From the NCBI GenBank assembly GCA_021776135.1, contig JAJFGL010000030.1, forward strand, positions 27,763 to 91,762: a DNA stretch of 64,000 bases, written 5' to 3'. This document shows positions 39,134 through 48,060 of this stretch, in pieces. Every line of letters begins with the position of its first letter. Within the stretch, counting starts at the first letter, position 1. Both the position numbers and the translations under genes were made by a program. The stretch is from Kiloniellaceae bacterium. GTDB lineage: Bacteria; Pseudomonadota; Alphaproteobacteria; Kiloniellales; J153. The notes under the pieces were generated by a model, which saw only the letters and a list, made by a program, of their open reading frames with translations, did no database searches and was not told the DNA's origin.

Positions 39134-40465
39134 CTAGCGTTCCGGCGACGTGGCGCGCTTTAGATAGGCGATCAGTTCTCCCCGGTCATCGTCCCGGGGC
39201 ATACGCTGCAAGGGCATCTTACTGCCGGGTGTGTAGATGTGGGGGCCTTGCGCGAACAAGGCGTCGATGGTGGTTTCGTTCCAGACCACGTCGCTGTTCT
39301 TCAAGGCATCGGAATAGTCGTAGCCGCCGAGGGTGCCGGCGCGGCGCCCGAAGACGCCGTACAGCGTCGGGCCCGCGCGCTTGACGCCATCGGCGGTTAG
39401 GGAATGGCAAACGGCGCAGCGGCGAAACAGGGCGGCGCCGCGTTCCGCCCCCTCGATCTCGGGCACGGCGGGGCCCGCCGCGACCCGCCGCGACCCATCG
39501 GAGCCGATCTCCGCCCCCGTGGCCAAGTCCCAGACACGCACGACTTCATCGGAACCGGCGGACAGAAGACGCCGCCCATCGGGGGTAAAAGCCAGGGCCC
39601 ACACCGGCCCCCGGTGCCCAAATAGGGCGCGGGCAAAAGTCCGCGTCTCCAGGTTCCACAGCAGGACGGTGTTATCGGCGCCGCCAGAGGCCGCGAAACG
39701 GCCGTCGGCGGAAACCGCGACCCCGAAAATCGGCTTTTCATGGCCCGGCAGGGAGGCAAGCTCGACCCCCTGCTCCAAATCCCAAAGGCGCAGGGTCTTA
39801 TCCACGGATACCGTCACCGCCCGCTTGCCGCCGGGCAGAAAGGCGAGCGAGGTGATGCCGAAATCGTGGCTGGCGAGGTCCAGTTCCAAAGCGGTGTCGG
39901 CGACCCGCCAGAGGCGCAGGTGCGAATCGTAATTCCCGGTCAAAAGTTGGCGGCCATCCGGGGAGAAGGCGACGGCGTTGACGTTGCCGCCCTTGGTCTC
40001 GATCGTGGCGGCGGGCGATTTACCGTCCAAATCCCAAAGGCGCAGACTGCGGTCCCACCCGGCGGTGGCGGCCAAGCGGCCATCGGGCGACACCGCCACC
40101 GCCGCGACCTTGCCCCGGTGACCGGAAAAACGGTGCAAGGGCGCGCCGCTAGCCGTATCCCAAAGGCGCAGGGTGCCGTCGTCGCTAACCGATACCAGGC
40201 GTTTGCCGTCCGGCAGGAAAGCCACCGCATTGACGCCGGCCTCGTGCCCCTCCAGACGGTGCAGCGCCCGCTGATCCGCGATATCCCAAAGCATGACGCT
40301 GTAATCGAAACTGGCGGTGGCGGCCATGGTGCCATCGGGCGAAACCGCCAAGCCCTTGACGAAACCGCCGTGGCCCTGAAGTTCGGCCCGCGATTCGCCC
40401 GCGCCGGCGATTACTGAAACCGCCAGCGCCGCCAGCGCGGATAAGAGTCGCGGCGCCCCTCGCAC
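39134..40465 (-). CDS. Secreted WD40 beta-propeller fused to a class I cytochrome c
   Basis: Signal peptide, about 7 GH...WD repeats, CAVCH heme motif, GPTLYGVFGR, YSDAL, PGSKMP (Met ligand). Confidence 0.88.
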   Translation of the reverse strand: MRGAPRLLSALAALAVSVIAGAGESRAELQGHGGFVKGLAVSPDGTMAATASFDYSVMLWDIADQRALHRLEGHEAGVNAVAFLPDGKRLVSVSDDGTLRLWDTASGAPLHRFSGHRGKVAAVAVSPDGRLAATAGWDRSLRLWDLDGKSPAATIETKGGNVNAVAFSPDGRQLLTGNYDSHLRLWRVADTALELDLASHDFGITSLAFLPGGKRAVTVSVDKTLRLWDLEQGVELASLPGHEKPIFGVAVSADGRFAASGGADNTVLLWNLETRTFARALFGHRGPVWALAFTPDGRRLLSAGSDEVVRVWDLATGAEIGSDGSRRVAAGPAVPEIEGAERGAALFRRCAVCHSLTADGVKRAGPTLYGVFGRRAGTLGGYDYSDALKNSDVVWNETTIDALFAQGPHIYTPGSKMPLQRMPRDDDRGELIAYLKRATSPER

Positions 40466-40467
40466 CG

Positions 40468-41589
40468 CTATTCCGCGGGCTGTCCGCCGCCGGTAGCGGC
40501 CCCGCCGTGTTCCTTCGCGTACCAGAGGTTGTGATGCTCGCGAGCCCAGTTCTCATCGACCTGCCCGCTGCCCATGGCGGCGAAAGCGCCTTCCATGCCG
40601 AGGGAACCGATGTAGATATGCGCCATTATGATCGCGATCATGGCTATCCCGGTGATGGTGTGCCAGATCTGCGCGTACTGCATTTCTTGTATGGGCGCGA
40701 CCGTGGCTGGCAAGTCGGCGCCGATAACGTTCAGAACCGTGAAAGATATCTCGAACAAGGGAATCGAGAACGGGAACAGCAAAGAAAGACCCGTCGCGGC
40801 GAGAGACACGCCGCCAAGTATGACGGACCAGAAGATGATCTTCTGGCCGGCATTGAATTTTTCCGATGGCGGGTGAACGCCCTTGACGAACAGACCGCCG
40901 CCCTTGGCCATCCAGGCCAGGTCGTTCTTGTTGGGGATATTGTGGCGAACCCAAAGCAGGAACATCAGGACCACCCCCGCCATAAAGGCGTAGGCGATGT
41001 AGTTGTGTATGAATTTCCCCGCCATGGAGATAGTCGAGAATATTTCCGGGCCGAAGGCCGGTAAAAGAACATGGCGCCCGTAAAGCAAGTTCAGGCCCGT
41101 CAAGGCCAGCAGAATGAAGGATACGGCGGTCAACCAATGGGTGAAGCGTTCCAGGAAGTTGAAACGCTCGACGGTGCGGCCGCTGGGCCCCGCGTCGATT
41201 TTGATCCGTCCCCGAAGCGCGAAGAACAAGGCCAGCAGACCGATCGTACCGAGCACCGCCCAAACCCCATAGACCGTCATGGGCCCGTTACGCCACGCCC
41301 GCCAGTTGTCGCCTTCCGATTGAATCATGATCCCGGCTTGCTTGTTGGGGATCGACACGCTGCCCTGCAGGCCCCGGCGCACGGCGCGCCAGATTTGGGC
41401 GTCGCTGCTGTTTCCCAAGGCCGCGCCCGGAACCCGGCCGCCGAGGGCTTCCGACGCATCGACTTCGCGCCCTTGAGTTTGGGCTTGGGCCGGTGCGGTA
41501 AAGGCCATGAATGCCATGGCGAACGCCATGGCGCAGGCCACAAGTTTCTTCGCGCGAATGTTACGCTCGGCGCCCATGCTTTCGCTCAT
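40468..41589 (-). CDS. Formate dehydrogenase gamma (cytochrome b) subunit with periplasmic N-extension
   Basis: ERFTHW, KFIHNY, KFNAGQK, WH, AHIYIG, GQVDENWAREHH; AQA signal site. Confidence 0.9.
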   Translation of the reverse strand: MSESMGAERNIRAKKLVACAMAFAMAFMAFTAPAQAQTQGREVDASEALGGRVPGAALGNSSDAQIWRAVRRGLQGSVSIPNKQAGIMIQSEGDNWRAWRNGPMTVYGVWAVLGTIGLLALFFALRGRIKIDAGPSGRTVERFNFLERFTHWLTAVSFILLALTGLNLLYGRHVLLPAFGPEIFSTISMAGKFIHNYIAYAFMAGVVLMFLLWVRHNIPNKNDLAWMAKGGGLFVKGVHPPSEKFNAGQKIIFWSVILGGVSLAATGLSLLFPFSIPLFEISFTVLNVIGADLPATVAPIQEMQYAQIWHTITGIAMIAIIMAHIYIGSLGMEGAFAAMGSGQVDENWAREHHNLWYAKEHGGAATGGGQPAE

Positions 41590-41615
41590 CCCTTCAAGTC
41601 AAGTTCCCGGATCCG

Positions 41616-41813
41616 CTAGGCACCCTGCTGCATCAGCGTGCGCTGCCTCAGATCCTCCCGGTCGCGGTCGCTCAAGGCCCGGTCCTTCTGGCCCAGGTAA
41701 GTTCCCTTCTCATAATTCAGAACCCGGCCTTGTTCGGCCTGATCGCAGGCGGAAAGAATGAAGGCCGGGGCCAGGACCGTCAAAAGCGCGCGTCGAAGAT
41801 TTTTTCGTAGCAT
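41616..41813 (-). CDS. Small lipoprotein of the periplasmic FDH cluster
   Basis: Lipobox ILSAC, followed by EQGRVLNYEKGTYLG. Confidence 0.7.
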   Translation of the reverse strand: MLRKNLRRALLTVLAPAFILSACDQAEQGRVLNYEKGTYLGQKDRALSDRDREDLRQRTLMQQGA

Positions 41814-42011
41814 GTGGTTCCACCTTCGAGTCGAGGGACATCTGCACCCTGGCCAAGCGGCCGCCATGAATCAGCCTTGCCCGCTCGCCAGACTATTCCC
41901 CATATCGCCAATGGCATAAACATGGTGAAGATAAGGTTAACATTTCAAGACCTCAGGGACGGCGGTTGCCCGCCGCCCCTGGCCCCATCCCCCAAGTGCC
42001 GGCCTCTTGGT

Positions 42012-42608
42012 CTAAGAACCGGACTTCTGCTGATAGGCGGTGCCCCAGCCCCAAGCGCCGGAACCGAACCCACGGGCAACCACCCGCTCGCGGTAGATGT
42101 CCGACACGATTGAACCGTCGCCGGCCAGCAAGGCCTTGGTCGCGCACATTTCCGCGCACAGCGGCAGCTTGCCCTCGGCTAAGCGATTGCGCCCGTACTT
42201 CTGGAACTCGGCCGAGGAGTGATCCTCGTCCGGCCCACCGGCGCAGAAGGTGCACTTATCCATCTTGCCGCGGCTGCCGAAATTGCCCGCCTGAGGATAC
42301 TGCGGCGCCCCGAAGGGACAGGCATAGAAGCAATATCCGCAACCGATGCACAGATCCTTGGAATGCAGGACCACGCCCTCTTCGGTTTGATAGAAGCAAT
42401 CGACAGGGCACACCGCCATGCACGGCGCGTCCGAGCAGTGCATGCAGGCGACCGAGATCGAGCGTTCTCCCGGCTTGCCGTCGTTGATGGTTACGACCCG
42501 GCGGCGATTCACGCCCCATGGCACTTCGTGCTCGTTCTTGCACGCCGTGACACAAGCGTTGCACTCAATGCAGCGCTCCGCGTCGCAGAGGAATTTCATT
42601 CTTGCCAT
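42012..42608 (-). CDS. Formate dehydrogenase Fe-S beta subunit (Fdh3B-like)
   Basis: CIECNAC, CMHCSDAPC..VCP, CIGCGYCFYACP, KCTFC..CAEMC. Confidence 0.92.
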   Translation of the reverse strand: MARMKFLCDAERCIECNACVTACKNEHEVPWGVNRRRVVTINDGKPGERSISVACMHCSDAPCMAVCPVDCFYQTEEGVVLHSKDLCIGCGYCFYACPFGAPQYPQAGNFGSRGKMDKCTFCAGGPDEDHSSAEFQKYGRNRLAEGKLPLCAEMCATKALLAGDGSIVSDIYRERVVARGFGSGAWGWGTAYQQKSGS

Positions 42609-42622
42609 AATTCAGTTCCTCC

Positions 42623-45496
42623 TTAGGCCGGTTCGATACGGCACAGGGTGACTTTGGATTCCTGCATCTGGGTCACCGAATCATACCCGTAGGTCTGAAC
42701 AGTGTTGGAGGCCTCGCCCAAAACATAAGGGTCGGCACCTGCAGGATATTTACTTCGCTGATCTTCGCCCATCCAATGACCGCCGAAGTGGAAGGGCATG
42801 AAGGCAAGACCGCGGCCGACACGTTCGGTCACCATCGCCATGACCTTGATCTTGGCGCTGTTTTCAGGACCGTGCACCCAGACCATCTGGCCGTCCCGGA
42901 TCTTTGAGTTGTTGGCGTCGACCGTATTGATCTCGACGAACATGTCTTGCTGCAATTCGGCGAGCCAGGGATTGGACCGGGTTTCCTCGCCCCCGCCCTC
43001 GTATTCGACCAAGCGGCCGGAGGTCAGGATTATCGGGAAATCTTGCGAGAAATCCTTGTCCTGGATCGTCTTGTAGAGGACCGGCAGACGATGCATGCGG
43101 CGGTCCTCGTAGGTCGGATAGTCGGCCACCAGATCGCGGCGCGGAGTATAGAGCGGTTCCCGGTGGATCGGTACCGGATCGGGGAAATTCCAAACCACGG
43201 TACGCGCCTTGGCATTGCCGAAGGGGGCGCAGCCATGCTTGATCGCGACCCGCTGGATGCCGCCCGAAAGGTCGGTCTTCCAGTTGGTCTTATCGCCCGC
43301 GACCTTTTCGATCGCCGCCACCTCGGCGGCGGTCAGATCCTTATCCCAACCGAGCTTCTTGAGCATGGTCATGGTGAATTCGGGATAACCGTCCTTGATT
43401 TCCGAACCGACCGGATAGCTGCCCTCGGCGAGCAGGTTCTCGCCCTCGCGCTCGACCCCGAAGCGGGCCCGGAAACACAGACCCCCTTCGGCCACCGGCT
43501 TGGAAGGATCGTAGAGCACCGGCGTGCCCGGGTGTTTCATCTCCGGGGGGCCCCATGACGGCCACGGCATGCCGTAGTAATCGCCGTCCGCCGGTCCGCC
43601 GCGCGCTTGCAGGGTGGTCCGGTCGAAGGTGTGCTGGTTGTCCATGTGCAACCTGATGCGTTCCGGCGACTGTCCGGTATAGCCGATGGTCCACATGCCC
43701 CGGTTGATTTCGCGGGTAATGTCTTCGACCAGCGGCTCGGTGCCATTGACCTGGATGTTCTTGAAGAACTGATCCGCGAAGCCGAGCTTCTTGGCGAAGA
43801 GATACATGATCTCGTGATCGGGCTTCGATTCGAACAGCGGTTCGACAATCTTGTCGCGCCACTGAATGGATCGATTCGACGCCGTGACCGAACCGTAGGT
43901 CTCGAACTGAGTCGCCGCCGGCAGCAGGTAAACGCCGTCGGTGCGATCGTGCATGACCGCGGTCATGGTCGGATAGGGATCGACCACGACCATGAGATCG
44001 AGCTTGCTCATGGCCTTCTTCATGTCGGGCAAGCGCGTTTGCGAGTTCGGCGCGTGGCCCCAGAACACCATGGCGCGCAAGTTGTCGGGCTGGTCGATGT
44101 TGTCCTTGGCCTCAAGTGCCAAGTCGAACCAGCGCGATACCGGCACGCCCGCCGATTCCATCAGCTTCTTGGTGGCGAAGCGTTTGAGAAGGTACTCGTA
44201 ATCGACCTCCCAGACCCGCGCCCAATGCTTCCAGGAGCCGGTTTTCAGGCCGTAGTAGCCCGGCAAGGTGTGACACAGCACGCCCAGATCGGTCGCGCCC
44301 TGCACGTTGTCATGGCCGCGGTAGATGTTGGCGCCGCCGCCGTTGGTCCCGATGGTGCCCAAGGCCAAACCCAGGATGCAGTATGCCCGGGTGTTGTTAT
44401 TGCCCGTGGTGTGCTGGGTGCCGCCCATGCACCAGATGATGGTGAAGGGCCGGTTGTTGGCCAGGGTCCGCGCGACCCGCCGGAGTTGCGAGCCGGGCAC
44501 GCCGGTGACGCGCTCGGTCTCTTCCGGATTCCACTTTTTGACTTCCTGCTTGATCCGGTCCATGCCCCAGACGCGCTGGCGAATGAACTCCTTGTCTTCC
44601 CATTTGTTCTCGAAGACGTGCCAGAGAATGCCCCAGATCAGCGCGACATCGGTGCCGGGCCGGAAGCGGACATATTCGTCGGCGTGGGCCGCCGTGCGGG
44701 TAAAGCGCGGGTCGCAAACGATGAGGGGGGCGTTGTTTTGTTCCTTGGCCTTCAGCATATGCTGCATGGCCACGGGATGCGCCTCGGCCGGATTGCCGCC
44801 GATCTGGAAGATCGCACGGGAGTTATGAATATCGTTGTAGGAATTGGTCATGGCGCCATAGCCCCAGGTGTTGGCGACACCCGCGACCGTGGTCGAATGA
44901 CATATGCGCGCCTGATGGTCGCCGTTGTTCGACCCCCAGAAGGCATACAACTTACGGAACAGATACGCCTGTTCGTTGCTGTGCTTGGCCGATCCCAGCC
45001 AATAGACCGAATCGGGACCCGACTTTTCGCGGATCTCAAGCATCTTGTCGCCGATCTCGTCGATCGCTTGTTCCCAGGAAACCTTCTGCCACTTACCGTT
45101 GACCAGCTTGACCGGGTTCTTCAAGCGGCGTTCCCCGTGCGCGTGTTCGCGCACCGAGGCGCCCTTGGCGCAGTGCGCGCCCAGGTTGAAGGGACTGTCC
45201 CAGCCCGGTTCCTGGCCGATCCATACCCCGTCGCGCACTTCCGCGATCACGGTGCAGCCGACGGAACAATGGGTGCAAACCGATTTGATTTGCTTGACTT
45301 GGCCAGTGGCCGCGTTTTGCGCTGCGGCCTTCTCGACTCTCCCGAAGGAAAGCGCGGCCCCAGCCGCGACGCCGCCGGCGGTCAGGCCGGAACGTTTGAG
45401 GAAGCTGCGACGGTCAATAGCGCTACCGGATACACCGGCAAGCGCCTTTGACAAACGGGGGCCATTCGCAACCCCATTCGTCTTTTTGGTAAGCAT
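42623..45496 (-). CDS. Tat-exported formate dehydrogenase alpha subunit (Fdh3A-like)
   Basis: DRRSFLK Tat motif, CTHCSVGC..HCAKG, DHQARICH (Cys), RGHDNVQG, LTSGRLVEY. Confidence 0.92.
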   Translation of the reverse strand: MLTKKTNGVANGPRLSKALAGVSGSAIDRRSFLKRSGLTAGGVAAGAALSFGRVEKAAAQNAATGQVKQIKSVCTHCSVGCTVIAEVRDGVWIGQEPGWDSPFNLGAHCAKGASVREHAHGERRLKNPVKLVNGKWQKVSWEQAIDEIGDKMLEIREKSGPDSVYWLGSAKHSNEQAYLFRKLYAFWGSNNGDHQARICHSTTVAGVANTWGYGAMTNSYNDIHNSRAIFQIGGNPAEAHPVAMQHMLKAKEQNNAPLIVCDPRFTRTAAHADEYVRFRPGTDVALIWGILWHVFENKWEDKEFIRQRVWGMDRIKQEVKKWNPEETERVTGVPGSQLRRVARTLANNRPFTIIWCMGGTQHTTGNNNTRAYCILGLALGTIGTNGGGANIYRGHDNVQGATDLGVLCHTLPGYYGLKTGSWKHWARVWEVDYEYLLKRFATKKLMESAGVPVSRWFDLALEAKDNIDQPDNLRAMVFWGHAPNSQTRLPDMKKAMSKLDLMVVVDPYPTMTAVMHDRTDGVYLLPAATQFETYGSVTASNRSIQWRDKIVEPLFESKPDHEIMYLFAKKLGFADQFFKNIQVNGTEPLVEDITREINRGMWTIGYTGQSPERIRLHMDNQHTFDRTTLQARGGPADGDYYGMPWPSWGPPEMKHPGTPVLYDPSKPVAEGGLCFRARFGVEREGENLLAEGSYPVGSEIKDGYPEFTMTMLKKLGWDKDLTAAEVAAIEKVAGDKTNWKTDLSGGIQRVAIKHGCAPFGNAKARTVVWNFPDPVPIHREPLYTPRRDLVADYPTYEDRRMHRLPVLYKTIQDKDFSQDFPIILTSGRLVEYEGGGEETRSNPWLAELQQDMFVEINTVDANNSKIRDGQMVWVHGPENSAKIKVMAMVTERVGRGLAFMPFHFGGHWMGEDQRSKYPAGADPYVLGEASNTVQTYGYDSVTQMQESKVTLCRIEPA

Positions 45497-45564
45497 TGAC
45501 CTCTCCTATGGTTTGCTGTTCAGGCCGCCATGGCGGCCCATATCCAACTGAAAGAACCGCGCGC

Positions 45565-45762
45565 CTAGAAACGCGCCAGTTTATAGTAGGTCTTTACGTG
45601 GTCGGTCTCCTGGTACCCGGAGCCCTTCACCGGTTTTCCATCCGGCCCGGCCGCTTGGGCCGCGGCGGCGCCGAGCCCCGCGGTCACCGCGGCGCCGGCC
45701 CCAAGGCCAGCCTTGCGGAAGAAGTCCCGACGGCCCAAGGACGCCGTTTCCTTCTTACTCAT
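45565..45762 (-). CDS. Small Tat-signal FDH accessory peptide
   Basis: GRRDFFRK signal and the C-terminal GYQETDHVKTYY..ARF typical of peptides preceding fdh alpha genes. Confidence 0.85.
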   Translation of the reverse strand: MSKKETASLGRRDFFRKAGLGAGAAVTAGLGAAAAQAAGPDGKPVKGSGYQETDHVKTYYKLARF

Positions 45763-45866
45763 GTCACTCACCCCTTTGTTCTGACTGTCTAACGTTCTTC
45801 TTGGACGATGATATTTCTCGATCATACCGGGCCGTCCAGCCCCGGCGGATCGCCGTGAAATTTCGT

Positions 45867-46469
45867 TCAAGCCGCCATTTCGAAGGCTTGATTTTCGATC
45901 GCCATGAACACCTTGCCGATGGTGCCTACCGGCATGAACAGCGCCGCCGAGCGCGCGGCCTCGAGATCCTCGAAAAACCGCGGCGCCCAGGAGCCGATGT
46001 GGCGCCCGAAAAATTCCTGCTGGCGGGCCAGGTCCACGGGCTCGCCAAAGGCGCCCTCGATCATGCCCGCCATGATTTCGCACAAACTGGCGATGTGATC
46101 TTCCGGCTCCTTCACCTGACTAAGCCGCGCGATCCCCAGCGCGGCCATGTCGGCGCGCAGAACGGCGAGCGGCTTTTCATTGAGAAATCCGGTCAAATAG
46201 TAGGATCCGTAAGGCAGCAACTCGCCCTGCCCCACGCCGACGAAGAGGTCGAAGAATTCTTGTTCGGCTTGGGCCGGGGTCGCCCCACGGGCCGCCGCGG
46301 CCAAGGCCTTCACCCCCTTGCCGAGGGTCGTTTCGTCGCCTTGGAGACCGCGCATGAATTTTAGCGTTGAGAGATCCGGAGAAGCGGTCAGGAGCCGCGC
46401 GAGCATGACATACCAATGCGCCCGCAAGCGGTCTTCCTCCGCGATCTCCGTAGTGGCGCCGTCGTCCAC
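45867..46469 (-). CDS. TorD/DmsD-family molybdoenzyme chaperone
   Basis: LFVGVGQGELLPYGSYYLTGFL, EPEDHIASLCE; GTG 46469 follows a GGAGGA RBS. Confidence 0.88.
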   Translation of the reverse strand: MDDGATTEIAEEDRLRAHWYVMLARLLTASPDLSTLKFMRGLQGDETTLGKGVKALAAAARGATPAQAEQEFFDLFVGVGQGELLPYGSYYLTGFLNEKPLAVLRADMAALGIARLSQVKEPEDHIASLCEIMAGMIEGAFGEPVDLARQQEFFGRHIGSWAPRFFEDLEAARSAALFMPVGTIGKVFMAIENQAFEMAA

Positions 46470-46620
46470 CAAAAAGTCCTCCCGTGAGGGCCCGTCCTTG
46501 GAGCCCAAAACCGATTGCTTCGGTTATTATTCGCCCGCTACGCGGCTAAGTCTTAAGATACCGCGTCCAAAACGCGTAAAACCACTTTTTATCGAAGGTT
46601 TTTCGCATCCTAGAAATGAA

Positions 46621-46649
46621 ATTAGAAAAGCTTTTCGTTAAGCTGTCAA
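46621..46649 (-). promoter_or_regulatory. sigma70 promoter of the torD-fdh operon
   Basis: TTGACA-17 nt-TCTAAT on the minus strand. Confidence 0.7.
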
Positions 46650-46681
46650 GTGAATGACTTGCTGCACCTGCGAAGCTACAA

Positions 46682-46700
46682 GTAAACGATAATCATTCTC
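46682..46700. promoter_or_regulatory. Fur-like box
   Basis: GTAAACGATAATCATTCTC, 15/19 match to GATAATGATAATCATTATC. Confidence 0.6.
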
Positions 46701-46710
46701 AATGCAGATA

Positions 46711-47328
46711 TTAACCGCCCTCGCGGCCCCAGCGCCGCGCCAAGGCGCCGTGGCGGCGGTTCCCCGGGCCGGATACCGGGATTTCCTTGGCCTCTTTCGC
46801 GGCCGGCGCCGGCCCGCAAGGCGCGCCGCCTTGGACGGTTATTTCTGCTACCTCATCTATTTCTGCTACCTCATCGAGCCTATCGATTCGGCCCTCATCC
46901 TCAACGGGGGCCTCGGCGGCCGGCACGTCCGCGTCCGGGGCCGCCTCCTGGGGCTTCTCTTCCTCTTCCACAACGAAGCCCTTGCCGGCCTTGTAGAGGG
47001 TCTTCAGGCCCTCAACCACGGTCGCGGCGTCGGTGTAGTCTTCGTCGTAGTCGTTCAGGCCGTCCAAGTTGGCGAAGACGGGATTGAGCCGCCACAAGCG
47101 CCGCAGGGCGCGCCGGCGCAGGGCATCGGGCACGCCATCTTTCAGAAAAACCGTGAAATCGGCTTCTAGGTTCAAGGTATCGGGGTCAGGCAGATCGGGA
47201 ACCTCCGAATCGCTGGGATTTGCCGGCATTTCCCCTGCCGCCGCCGGTTCCCTACTCTGGGTTTCGCTCTTGCGGCGCGACCAGCGGGCGCTAAATCCCT
47301 CGCCGTCCCCTTGATCCGATTTAGCCAT
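46711..47328 (-). CDS. DUF3306 FDH-cluster protein
   Basis: FSARWSRRK, DFTVFL..VP..LRRRALRRLW..PVFANLDGLNDYDEDYT. Confidence 0.85.
   Translation of the reverse strand: MAKSDQGDGEGFSARWSRRKSETQSREPAAAGEMPANPSDSEVPDLPDPDTLNLEADFTVFLKDGVPDALRRRALRRLWRLNPVFANLDGLNDYDEDYTDAATVVEGLKTLYKAGKGFVVEEEEKPQEAAPDADVPAAEAPVEDEGRIDRLDEVAEIDEVAEITVQGGAPCGPAPAAKEAKEIPVSGPGNRRHGALARRWGREGG
46840..46875. repeat. Perfect 18-bp tandem duplication (DEVAEI x2)
   Basis: TATTTCTGCTACCTCATC x2, in frame in the acidic tail. Confidence 0.85.
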
Positions 47329-47333
47329 TCAAC

Positions 47334-47864
47334 TCATCCATCGCGTGCCCGCACCGGCGGTTTCCGGGCGAAGCTTTCCTGTTCCGGATCGTGGCGATTG
47401 CGTTTGCGTTTGTGGAACGGCTCGTCCACATGGTGCTCATCGACATAGCCCTGAACGAAAGCGATGACATCGGGCGGCATGGGCACGGCCTCGACAATAT
47501 CCTCGCCGCTGTCCAGATAGTCCTGCGCCTCGTAGGGGCTGGCGGTGACCAGAAAGGCGACGTAATCGTGGATCGTGTCGGTTTCCTCGGCCTCGCGCAG
47601 AACCACGAATATACTTGGCGGTTGCTGGGATAGATTGAGCCTGTAGGCCTCCGTCTCCTTGCGGAATAACGATAGTGTCAGGGTGCCGCAGTGATAGTGT
47701 TTCCACCCCTCCCCACCGCGCAACAGCTTCCAATCGTCCGTTGGATCGAGGGCCGGGGCGCCGGGCACGACTCCGACCGGCCGCCAGGAGAAATCCTGCC
47801 AGGGATGGTCGCTATCGCGACGCTCCAACACCACGCCCAGAGGCAAGGTTTCTTCAGCCGCCAT
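47334..47864 (-). CDS. DUF3305 FDH-cluster protein
   Basis: GVVLERR..HPW..WRP, LFRKETEAYRLNL..PSIFVVLR, VTASPYEA, FHKRKR; start moved to ATG 47864. Confidence 0.85.
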   Translation of the reverse strand: MAAEETLPLGVVLERRDSDHPWQDFSWRPVGVVPGAPALDPTDDWKLLRGGEGWKHYHCGTLTLSLFRKETEAYRLNLSQQPPSIFVVLREAEETDTIHDYVAFLVTASPYEAQDYLDSGEDIVEAVPMPPDVIAFVQGYVDEHHVDEPFHKRKRNRHDPEQESFARKPPVRARDG

Positions 47865-48060
47865 TCTTCGCCATTTCTTTTTCCACCTGAACGCCCCCAT
47901 AATGGAAGAAACCGGGCCCACGGGCAATTCCCCCGATTTCCAGCCGCGCAAACGGTAAAGCTGTTGCCTTGGCGGGGGTGAAACGCTATTTCTCGCGCGG
48001 CTTCCAAGACTGGAAATACTGTGTTTCCGGCCCTGGTCCTCCAGCCCCCGGAAAGCACGA

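Noticed and set aside
36382-45451. Long alternative ORFs (36382..37965, 37470..39137, 43607..45451; likewise 56363..57421)
   Set aside because: Opposite-strand or off-frame shadows of well-supported genes in GC-rich DNA; no motifs.
36361-45496. Selenocysteine read-through in the FDH alpha subunits
   Set aside because: Both active sites encode Cys (RLCH, RICH) and both frames are uninterrupted.
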